Source: Octopus sinensis
Lineage: Eukaryota
Assembly (NCBI RefSeq): GCF_006345805.1
Contig: NC_043019.1
Coordinates: 21,203,360 to 21,267,359, forward strand
Length of the DNA stretch: 64,000 nucleotides
Reading direction: 5' to 3'
The position numbers and the translations under genes were made by a program. This document shows positions 12,970 to 25,200 of the stretch, piece after piece. The notes beneath the pieces are model-generated. The model saw nothing but the letters and a program-made list of their open reading frames with translations, was not told the DNA's origin and did no database searches. Numbering within the stretch: the stretch's first letter is position 1; each line of letters starts with the position of its first letter.

Positions 12970-15900
12970 GGAGTAAGCACATAAATGTGAAACAAGGTGG
13001 AAAAAAGAGTACTCAAATACCAGAGGTTGAGTAATATGCTTTATTTAAAAGCAGCAGAAATATAAGAAAAGCTGTTACTCAGAGTTTCACGTTCCCATTC
13101 ATCGGACAGTTTTTTAACAAAACTGTCTGAACGGGAACGTGAAACTCTGAGTAACACCTTTTGTTATATTTCTGCTGCTTTTAAATAAAGTATATATGTG
13201 TGTGTGTGTATGTGTGTGTATATGTGTCTTTCTGTCTGTGTTTGTCACTACCACCACTTGACAACCGGTATTGGTGTACTTAAGTCCCCATAAAATAAGT
13301 TTTGTGCTTTGAAAAAAGAGCTGGGGTCAATTCATTCAACAAAATGTTTTTCAAGGCAGTGTTCCAGTATGGCCACAGTCTAATGGCTGAAACAAGTAAA
13401 AGATAAAAGATACCATATTACACATTTCCCATAATCCTTTGAAGATATGTTTTTTTTTTGTTTATACTTTTCTATATATTTTTTCTCCTTTATATTTTCA
13501 GCTGCAAGAATATGCAGCAACACCGAGTTCCAGTGTACCAGCAGCCAATGTATTGAGCTGCACGACCGGTGTAACGGCGAGTTTGACTGCCTTGACGGCT
13601 CTGATGAAATGGGTTGCTTGCCGAATGACTGTAACCCAATGTTACAGTACAGATGCCACAACGATTTCTGTATCGACAGGGTGTTGTTCTGTGATGGGCA
13701 TGACGACTGTGGAGATAATTCTGATGAATATGAAGACTGCGGTGAGTAAAAACAACCAAATTTATTTTATCTTCCTTTGTTTGTTTGATGTTTTTGTAGC
13801 CATATTTTTGTAGCTTCGCATACACTGCTTTTGTTTCAAATCATCACCATATATATATATTTATTTCTTTACTACCCACAAGGGGCTAAACATACAGGGG
13901 ACAAACAAGGACAGACAAGGGGATTAAGTTGATAACATCGACCCAGTGCGAAACTGGTACTTTAGTTATCGACCCCGAGAGGATGAAGGGCAAAGTCGAC
14001 CTCGGCGGAATTTGAAATCAGAACGTAACGACAGACGAAATACCACTAAGCATTTTGCCCGGCGTGCTAATGACTCTGCCAGCTCGCCACCATATATATA
14101 TATTGACTAGCACTATGACCCTGCAACGCCGGGTCATAGTGCTAGTGCATGCATATACAGTTGCGTGCATGTGCACATACATGCGAGTACTGTCCAAATC
14201 CTCGACCAATCACATACAGTTAGCTGGCATTCAATTGGTGTATCAAGTTTCGGGCATTTTGATTGGGTTTTGGATAGAAAATTCACAAAAAAGTCACTTC
14301 TATTGATTTTGTAATGGCTTTGCAGGGTGACTGGGGAAATGTAAAGATGTGCACGACCACCCTTGGACAGTTTTGAATTACCATAGAAAGTGCGAACCCT
14401 CTAACTGAAAAATTGTGGATTTGTATAAAGGACACACACATAGACATTTTGCCGTTTATATATAGAGAGATATGTGTGTGTATTAAACGATGTAGTGGAA
14501 ACATATATAGGTCAATAATAAGTTGTATTTAAATCAAATTGTAAATTTAAATTCATGAAATGCTACTTCATCATATTCCATATTATTTATATATTATATA
14601 TTGATATATGTATCTATACATATATATACGTGGAGGCACAATGGCCCAGTGGTTAGGGCAGCGGACTGGCGGTTGTAGGATCGCGGTTTCGATTCCCAGA
14701 CCGGGCGTTGAGTGTTTATTGAGCGAAAACACCTAAAGCTCCACGAGGCTCCGACAGGGGTTGGTGGCGATCCCTGCTGTACTCTTTCGCCACAACTTTC
14801 TCTCACTCTTTCTTCTGTTGGCCTGCTCACTTAGCCAGCGGGGTGGCGTCATTTGAAGGCTAAAACAATGTGAAGCGCATTATGACCAGTGATGTGTAGC
14901 CTGGTCGGTGACGATGACATATATATATATTGTATAGGCGGTGAGCTGGCAGAAACGTTAGCACGCCGGGCGAAATGCTTAGTGGTATTTCGTCTGCCGT
15001 TACATTCTGAGTTCAAATTCCGCCGAGGTCGACTTTGCCTTTCATCCTTTCGGGGTCGATAAATTAAGTACTAGTTGCGCACTGGGGTCGATGTAATCGA
15101 CTTAATCCGTTTGTCTGTCCTTGTTTGTCCTCTCTGTGTTTAGCCCCTTGTAGGTAGTAAAGAAATATATATATATATATTTACATCTCTGGTGATACAG
15201 TGTGAAGATCAAAGTGATGTCAGTTTTAAAGTGATATGCCATCATTTTAGCCCAGCAGCCCTTCAGTGATATATAAAAGTTTTAAAAAATACTTCTTTAT
15301 ATTTAATTTCTTTTTGGCTTTTTTTTATATTTCCAGCTTCCAGTGTCTGCACAGTGACAGAGTTTCAATGTTCAAACAATCAGTGTATTGATCTCCAGGA
15401 TCGGTGTAATGGTGATTTTGACTGCCTTGATGGCACCGATGAAATGTCCTGCCATGCTGACAACGTGTGTGACCCTGTGTTGCACTTCACCTGCAACAAC
15501 AACGTCTGCATTGATCGTGTCTTGTTCTGCGATGGCCGGAATGACTGTGGAGATAATTCTGATGAACATGAAAATTGTGGTTAGTGAAATAAATTGTAAC
15601 GAGACCTTTGTATAAATATGTGTGTGTGTGTGTACCTATTTGTGGATGTGTGTGTCTGAGTTTAAAAATTTATATATAAATTCTTGATACAGTCAAATGG
15701 TTTGGAAAAAATTTATGAATTAAAAATTATTTTAAAGCAAAATTTGATAAACACTTGAACATAGTATTTTTTTGCAAAGATTTATTTGTGTGGGTGTATA
15801 CATATGTATCTATATATGTATGTACATATATATGTGTGTATGTATATATGCATGTACATATATATGCATGTACATATATATGCATGTACATATATGTATA

Positions 15901-18900
15901 TATATATATGTGTATATATATATGTGTGTATGTATATATGTATGTATATATATGTGTGTATGTATATATGTATGTATATATGTGTGTATGTATATATGTA
16001 TGTATATATGTGTGTGTATGTATATATGTATGTATATATGTGTGTGTATGTATATATATGTGTGTGTATGTATATATGTATGTATATATGTGTGTGTATG
16101 TATGTATGTATATATGTGTGTGTATGTATATGTGTATGTATATATGTGTGTGTATGTATATGTGTGTATGTCTATATGTGTGTGTATGTATATGTGTGTA
16201 TGTCTATATGTGTGTGTGTATGTCTATATGTATGTATATGTGTGTATGTATACACACATATATACATATATGCGTTACATCTTGGGCAAGTGTCTTCTAC
16301 TATAGCCTCACACCAACCAAAGCCTTCTGAGTGGATTTGGTAGATGGAATCAGAGAGAAGCTTGTTGTGTGTATAATGCATGATGTGTGTGTTTGTGTCT
16401 TTTGTGTTTGTATTTGTTCCCCCACCATCGCTTGACATCTGATGTTGGTGTATCTACATCCCCATAAAAACTGTAGCTCACTATTTAAACAAGCTTTCCA
16501 TTTGTTTTCTTATATAAACACTAGTGAATAATCTGTCGTCACTGCTTGAATAAGCTGTCCGGCAAAACATATAGGTGCCACTCAGAATGAATTTTATCAG
16601 CTCTGTCTGGCCCCGTGTCGGTGGCACGTAAAAGCACCATCCGTTCGTGGGCTCGTTGCCAGCCTCGGCTGGCCACCGTGCCGGTGACACGTAAAAGCAC
16701 CGTCCGTTTGTGGCCGTTTGCCAGCTCTGTCTGGCCCCGTGTCGGTGGCACGTAAAAGCACCATCCGTTCGTGTCCGTTGCCAGCATTGCCTGGCCCCGT
16801 GCCGGTGACACGTAAAAGCACCATCCGTTCGTGGGCTCGTTGCCAGCCTCGGCTGGCCACCGTGCCGGTGACACGTAAAAGCACCGTCCGTTTGTGGCCG
16901 TTTGCCAGCTCTGTCTGGCCCCGTGTCGGTGGCACGTAAAAGCACCATCCGTTCGTGTCCGTTGCCAGCATCGCCTGGCCCCGTGCCGGTGACACGTAAA
17001 AGCACCATCCGTTCGTGGGCTCGTTGCCAGCCTCGGCTGGCCCCCGTGCCGGTGACACATAAAAGCACCGTCCGTTTGTGGCCGTTTGCCAGCTCTGTCT
17101 GGCCCCGTGTCGGTGGCACGTAAAAGCACCATCTGTTCGTGGGCTCGTTGCCAGCCTCGGCTGGCCCCCGTGCCGGTGACACGTAAAAGCACCATCCGTT
17201 CGTGGCCGTTCGCCAGCTCTGTCTGGCACCTGTGCAGGTGGCACGTAAAAAACACCCACTACACTCGTGGAGTGGTTGGCGTTAGGAAGGGCATCCAGCC
17301 GTAGAAACACTGCCAGATCTGACTGGGCCTGACGAAGCCTTCCAGCTTCACAGACCCCAGTTGACCCGTCCAACCCATGCTAGCATGGAAAGCGGACACT
17401 AAATGATGATGATGATGATGATGATTGACTGTTTCAAGTATTGAATCTTTCTATGAGTAAATGTTTCATAAGTAATCGTAAACTTACTTCAAAATAATAA
17501 CCTTCATTTAATATCGATTTGTCTTTTGAAGGTGTGAATCCGTGTGACCTACACAACCCATGTGAGCACACCTGCATTCCAGTCTATTACGAGTACAGGT
17601 GTTCTTGTCGTGAAGGCTACAAATTGTATAACAAGACTTACTGTCAAGGTAATTCTGTAAATTCTTTGAATTGCTTCATTCTGTACTGTTGTTGTTTCAT
17701 AATATTAACCCTTTAGTGTTCGCATTATTCTACCAAAATTAATGCTTTTTCTTCCACTTTGTTTTGAACTAATCATGCATTATCTTGTAACTATAAGATT
17801 TTGATGAGGTAACTGTTAATTTTTAAAACGATATTGTAAGGTTGGTGTGAGAGACCAGATCTGGCCAGTTTGAACATAAAACAGGCAGAATACTTCTGGC
17901 CGGATATGGCCGGTTTAAATGCTAAAGGGTTAATGTTGCATGTGTTGTGTATGATATTGTCATGTGACCTAATCTGATGGTCACATGATGAGGACTATTT
18001 AATGGGATTGACCTTTGTGTTTCATGTAGTTTCTTCTTTTATAAAAAATATCTTGGGTGCAACTGCAGTTTTACTTCATTATTTAGGTGGTTAACCCTTT
18101 TGTTACCAACCCGGCTGAAACCGGCTCTAGCTCTTTAGTATAAATGTCTTGTTTCCATAAGTTTTGAATTCAAATCTTCCACCAAATCTTAGTCACAATT
18201 TATGTTCCTATCACTAGCTTAATGATAACAAGGTGATTTTACTAAATTCTTCGTTATATTTAAAATAATTGGAAGAAACACAGAGCATCTCAAAATAAAT
18301 ACAGTAACGAAAGGGTTAAGGCTAGTGAAAGTAAGGAGTTGCTTACTCCAATAGACACTTTGTCAGGGTTTATGTAGTAAACCTCTGGTAAGGAGTTTGC
18401 TTGCTTCCTAGTCACATGGGTTCAGGTTCTGTCCAACTTGGGCCCCAGGCTGACCAAAGCCTTATGAATGGATTTGGTAGAAGGAAGTAGAAGGAGCCTG
18501 TCATGTATGTCTCCTTGTTTTGACGTCATGTGATTGTTATCAATGAATATCATTCATTTTCATCTGATCATAGAAAATATACCTCAATAAACTTCATTCA
18601 ACCCATGGCAACATGGATGTTAAAATGATGTTGATGATGATGATAGAAAACAGATAAGGTAATAGAAAAGAGACTGCAAATTCACAAATTTCTCTTTATA
18701 TACTTGTAAACGATTCCAAATCCTGAATTGTTTCTATAGAATAAGTACCACTCATGTACTGGAATCACTGGCATTGACTAATCCTTATCTCTCAAAACTT
18801 GTGGCCCTTTAGCTTCATCAGATTATTGTCGATTTGACTCAGGCTCTTTCTTGTCCTTGCTAGAATTTATGTGGGTAGTGAGTTACTACTTGTAACCTTA

Positions 18901-21900
18901 GTGGCTATTAACATTTTGGGATCTTGTCGGTTTGAACAGCAGTTTTTTCTAGCGGTGTCATATGAAATTGTCACCCATAATTATGACCCTAGTATCGATC
19001 TATTGCATTTCAATCTGTTTTAGGGTTAGGAGTGGGGGGAAGGGTATCTTTTTTCTTCAGAAATGTAAATAAATCCAATCTGTTTCTTAAACGAGGGACA
19101 TATTCATACGGCACAGAATGTTTTCACCTCAATAGACGTCATTGATTCGTTGAAATTGAAGGAAACAAACAACAAATATCTTACAAACTATAGAATTTTC
19201 TCAATAAAGCCAAGAGAAAAAGATGTTTTATAAACACATTCTACCAGTATACGAAGTTTAAAAGTGTTTAGTTACGTGGAAATTATTTTTAAAAACTGCC
19301 GTTCAAACCGAAAAGAAAATTTTTTTGTTCAAATTCCATTGATGTCCGATTTACCTCCAGGGTCAATAAAATATAGTACCAGTCAGTCAAATACTGAGAT
19401 CAATGGTATCAACTAATTCCTTCCCTTGAAAGTTGCTGGCCCCTAGGCCTCCATCAGAAACCATTACTACTGCTACTAATTAGGTGGCAATCTGGCAGAA
19501 TTAACAGCACATTGGGCTAAATGCTTAAGTTCTGAGTTCAAATTCCACTGAGGTCAACTTTACCATTCATTCTTACAGGTTTGATAAAATAAATACCAGT
19601 TGAGTACTGGGGTCAATGTAATAGACTCACCCCATTCCCCGAACTTGCTGGCTTTGTGCCAAAATTTGAAACCATTACTACCACTAGTACTGCTGCTACT
19701 ACTACTGCTGCTACTACTACTACTGCTGCTACTACTACTCTGCTTAGATAGCAAGCTGGCAGAATCATTAGCATACTAGGCAAAATGCTTAGCAGCAATT
19801 TGTCTTTACATTTTGAGTTCAAATTCCACTGAGGTCAAGTTTGCCTTCTGTTCTTTTGGGGTCAGTAAAATAAGCATCAGTCAAGTACTTGGGTTGATGT
19901 AATCGGCTTAATCCCCTCCCCTGAAATTGCTGACCTTGTGCCAAATTTTGAAAGCATTACTATTATTATTATTACTACTTAGGTGGCAAGCTGGCAGAAT
20001 CATTAGCATGCTAGACGAAATGCTTAGTGGCATTGCATCTGTCTTTATACATTGTGAGTTCAAATTTTTCCAAGGTCAGCTCTGCCTTTCATTCCTTTCA
20101 GGGTCAATAAAATAAGGTACCAGTTGAGCACTGGGGTTAGTGTAATCAACTAGCCTCTTCCATTCAAATTTCAGAGCTTGTGCCTATAATAGAATGGACT
20201 ATGATTATTATTGAGGTAGCAAGATGGCAGAATTGTTAGCACAGAGGACAAAACGTTTAGCAGCGTTTCTTTCAGTTTTACATTGTGAGTTCAAAATTCT
20301 GCTGATGTTGACTTCACCTTTTATCCTTTCACAGTAGATAAAAGAAGTACCAGTTGAGCTCTAGGGTTGATTACATTGACATACCTCTTTCCCCAAAATA
20401 GGAAGCGTTGTTGTTGTTGTTGTCAAATTGTGATATAATTGACTGATTTATTTTATTCCCTATTCTAATATTTGTTGTTATTCTTGGAATTTCAGATATT
20501 AATGAATGCGTGACCAGCTTCCCTTGTTCTCACATGTGTAATAACACAATCGGAGGTTACACCTGCTCCTGTGCTGAGGGTTACCTTCTGGAAAAAGACC
20601 GAAGATTCTGCAAAGTGGCTGAACGTAAGTTTAATCCAGCTTTTATTTGTTTTGTTTTAATTTAATTATTGTGTTTCTGCATTTGAGGTCATGGTGCTGG
20701 ACTATCGAGTACATGGTTATAAGTTCAAATTTTGCCTACAGTTATTGGCATTGTACTTCCACTTTTTCTTTGACCCAATTGTCAAAAATGTCAAAAAAAG
20801 ACCAAAATCTTCCATAGTTATTCTTTTAATCCCAAGTCAATCACAAACAAGCAGATAAAAATGTTCTAATTGTGACCATCCCATCTTTTTTGTCTCAGAG
20901 ATACTGTGTTTATACCTACATTATATAGGCTTGGTTTCTACAAATGGATGCTCTTCCTAATGCCAATGTTTCCTAATGTTTCACTGCCATGTGGCATGGC
21001 TGTTCGTATATAAGGACAGGCACACTTGTGTGGTTAAGTAGTTTGATGGCCAACCACAAGCATTCAGGTTCAGACCCACTACATGGCACCTTGAGCAAGT
21101 GTCTTCTACTATAGCCCTGGGTTGAGCAAACCCTTCTGAATGGATATAGTAGATGGAAACTGAAAGAAGCCTTGTGAGAATGATTAGCAGGGGCTGCAAA
21201 GAGGCAAATAATGGTGGATTTGGTGGCTAGATTCCCCTCCCCCTCTCTCCAATGTATGATGTGAGTAGAAGTGAGTGGGGACAGGAATTAGAAGTGTGGG
21301 TAGGGATTGCAAGAGAATAAGAGATGTGTAGAGAGGGGGTACAGGTAGGCAGTAAGTTGAAAAAATTGGTTGAGGTTTCTGAAGGGTGGATGTGGAGAGT
21401 AATGGACAAGGGGTGGGAGGTGATCCATGTCATGTGAGTTGGAGAAGGCAGAGGGATGCAAAAGAGAGCCTGGAGGGAGAGCAACAGGGTAGTAATGATG
21501 ATGCAGTTGATGGGTGGAGGGGAGAGAAAGGTGATACATTTTACACGTTTCAGCCATTAGACTGTGACCATGCTGGGGCACCACCTTCGAGAACTTTTTG
21601 TCAACCTTTGTTTTGTTTTGTAAAGCCTGGTACTTATTTTATCAATCCTTTTTTCCTGAACCACTAAGTTATGGGGACATAAACATGCCAACACCAGCTG
21701 TCAAGCAGTAGGGTGGAACAAAAACACACATGTATATGGCAGGCTTCTTTTAGTTTCCATCTACCAAATCCACTCAAGGCTCTGGTTGGCCCAAGTCTAT
21801 AATAGAAGACACTTGCCCATGGTGGCATGCAGTGGGACTGAACCTGAAACCAAGTGGTTGGGACGCAAGCTCCTTACCACACAACCATGCCTGAATGCAA

Positions 21901-22229
21901 ACATTTGATTACTATAAACACATCATCTATATGGTTGTTTAGCAAGAAATTTCAGAAGCCACATATTTTTTTTCTTTCTTTTTTGCTTGTTTCAGTCATT
22001 TTGACTGTGGCCATGCTGGAGCACCGCCTTTAGTCGAGCAAATCGACCCCGGGACTTATTCTTTGTAAGCCCAGTACTTATTCTATCGGTCTGTTTTGCC
22101 GAACCGCTAAGTAACGGGGACGTAAACACACCAGCATCAGTTGTCAAGCAATGCTAGGGGGACAAACACACACACACAAACACACACACACACATGCATA
22201 TATATATATATATATATCATCATCATCAT

Positions 22230-22270
<41 letters not shown>

Positions 22271-25200
22271 TATATACATATATGTGACAGGCTTCTTTCA
22301 GTTTCCGTCTACCAAATCCACTCAAAAGGCTTTGGTTGGCTCGGGGCTAGTGCAGAAGACACTTGCCCAAGATGCCACGCAGTGGGACTGAACCCGGAAC
22401 CATGTGGTTGGTTAGCAAGCTACTTACCAGACAGCCACTCCTGCACCTATGTTGTCTAATGGCAGAAGAGTTCATTATGTATGTATGTATGTATGCATGT
22501 AATATCTTTTTGTTGTTCTTTCAGCCCCTGAACCAAAACTATTGGTTGCCAGTCAACATTACATCATTAAAACTGATTTCTCTGGAAGAAATATTGAAAT
22601 GGTTGTCAACGATTTAAACCACGTGATTGCCCTTGACTATGATTGGGTTGACCAATACATATACTGGTCCCATATTTCTGCCACCAACAGCAAAATATTC
22701 AGGACTCAAATGAATTCCTCACATGTTCAGGTATGATCTACTAAAGCTTGTTCTGTATATCTCCAAATTGAAGGATTCAGTTCTTCATACACTTCTCTTT
22801 CTCTGTCCCATTTTATCTCCCTGTCCTTTTCTTTTGTAAAAAGCACCCACTACACTCACAGAGTGGTTGGCGTTAGGAAGGGCATCCAGCCATAGAAACA
22901 CTGCCAGATTTGACTGGGCCTGATGAAGCCTTCTGGCTTCACAGACCCCAGTAGAACCGTCCAACCCATGCTAGCATGGAAAACGGACGCTAAACGATGA
23001 TGATGATGATGATTTACCCTGTTTCTCTCCCTCATATATCTCTCTCTTTCCCTCCATCTGTACCCTCCCCCTCTCTCTCTGCCATTCTATCTTCCTGCAC
23101 CTTCCTCTGAATCTCCTTCATTCTCCCACTCTATCTCCCTACTCTTCCCTCTATATCCCCTTTTGTCTCCTTCATCTCCCCCTTTCTCTCTACTATGCCT
23201 ATAGGCATCTGCAATCAGACCTCCATTCCCAAGTCTAAAGATTCATAGTTTTTCCTGTGAAAGATACAACAGGGGGTTTCCAGCCTGTTGCCTTCTGCCA
23301 CTTCATTTACAGTTTCCTAGTTTCCTGCTCTTCGAACCTTACACTTCAGTCTCAGAACCTATTTAACCCCTTAGGCACACAAACTGATTCATATGGCATC
23401 AAGGTCTGTCCACACACAATAGTGAACTTGTGGGACATATTCCCAGGGATCAACCTTCCATTGAGTCCTGTATAGTTTAACTGCAGGACCATCTTCTGCT
23501 ATTGACCTATAACTAAGGACCTGGTAATAGTAGTAACTCATAGGTAACTCTCCATAAAACTCCAGAACTCTCAAGTTGGAGCCTCACCATCAGATGCAGC
23601 TTATCTTTGACTGGGACATTTGTACATTTACCTGGACATGCCCTCAGTGTGGTATCCTAGGGTCACTGAGTGTCCAGGTGACCCAGTCAAACTTGACTTG
23701 TTCTTGCCCATGTGGCAAGACCCATCAAAATGCTTTCTCTACAGGTTTTACATTGTTCTTGATGACTCTTCTAGTCACTCCTATTGTGCCTAAGGTTTCA
23801 TAGAAATTAGTTCTTTTTATTTGTGGAGTTTTTTACCATTAGAATTTTAGTCTAATTATTTTCAGCTTTATTTCATTTTTGGATTTGGTTTGCAAGATTC
23901 TTTATATGAGTTCATGTGTTGAAGCATATTCTATTGTGTCTGGGGAGAGTCATTTTCTTTTTGTGCCTTATTATGTAACACATAAGAAAAACGTGGAAAT
24001 TTTACTGGTGAGTGTATTACATAATAAGGCACAAAAAGAAAATGACTCTCCCCAGACACAATAGAATATTTTCAGTTTGTGTGTCATCTGCATGTTTACC
24101 TAGAAGCTCAAATTTTATACCTTTTTTTTTTGGCACCTGACATTGCATTCTTAAAAAAAATCAATAATAATGATATTAATATGTACTTGCAGTATTGTAT
24201 TAATTTTTTGTCACACATTTGAAAAGACTCTTGTACTTTGCTTGTCTTCCAAAGGTTCTTCATGAAACTAACATCAAGGACCCTGATGGTATTGCAGTGG
24301 ATTGGATAGGGCGTAATTTGTATTGGTGCGACCGTACGACACACACCATAGAAGTGTCTCAGTTGAATGGTAATCACCGGAAAGTACTTCTTCATAAAGG
24401 CCTGCACCATCCTCGTGCCATTGAAGTCTATCCTGCCAAGGGTTTGCTGTTCTACACCGACTGGGGCAGTTCCCCTCACATTGGACGAGTCAAGATGGAT
24501 GGAACAAACCGAATAAAAATTATCGACCAAAATTTGATATGGCCAAATGCTCTGACCATCGACTATGTTACCAATAAGATTTTCTGGGCCGATGGGCGAC
24601 TCAAATACATTGCTTTTGCAAACTTGGATGGTACCAACATAAATAAAATAATCAAAGAGTACCTATCGCATGTTTTTGCCATAACTACTATCGAAGGCTT
24701 TATATTTTGGTCTGATTGGGGTACAGAAAATATTCATCGTGCCATGAAATTCTCTGGAGAAAACATCACCAACTTCTCTCATTTGCCTTCTCGACCCATG
24801 GACATTCAGGTGTTTCATCCTTTCCGACAACCTCAGCGTAAGTTCATAGATTCCTTCTCATTATTTCATCTTTATATATAAAAGTCAAGCTGTGTGTCTG
24901 TCTCCTACGATTTAGATTCCTAACTACTCCCACATTTTGCGGTGCAGTGTAACCAAAAGCGGGTATCTTATAGTCGTGATTCATATCGAGCCCTTCTGGG
25001 TAATAGCGCGCATCTATGATGAGTCTACGATTTTAAAAATAATTTACCATCATTTTTTTCCATTTTGATGCATTTTTTCGCTATTATATAAGGGAAGCAA
25101 CTCTCTAAAAATGTCTACGATGAGTTAACGATTTAAAAAAAATTTACCATCATTTTTTTTTCCATTTTTAATGCATTTTTTTGCTATTTTTTGGCTATAA

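Noticed and set aside
14632-14710. tRNA-like sequences here and at SINE A, B and E heads
   Set aside because: A/B boxes are present but there is no complete cloverleaf; they continue into repeated SINE bodies.
15755-16343. Three long ORFs (177-191 aa) rich in Y/V/C/M/I
   Set aside because: Translations of a TA/TG microsatellite, with no coding signal.
16597-17250. CRISPR-like repeat-spacer appearance
   Set aside because: The intervening parts are themselves repeated, there are no unique spacers or cas genes, and the context is a eukaryotic intron.
16481-17373. Three 233-258 aa minus-strand ORFs
   Set aside because: Open only because the GC-rich tandem units lack stops; repetitive translation of an RTE 3' UTR.
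19019-19032. TTAGGGTTAGG as an interstitial telomere
   Set aside because: Under two units and part of a MITE present twice.
23250-23770. Possible RTE endonuclease remnant (RVLEF..., [12 protein letters not shown])
   Set aside because: Similarity is too weak to call by eye.
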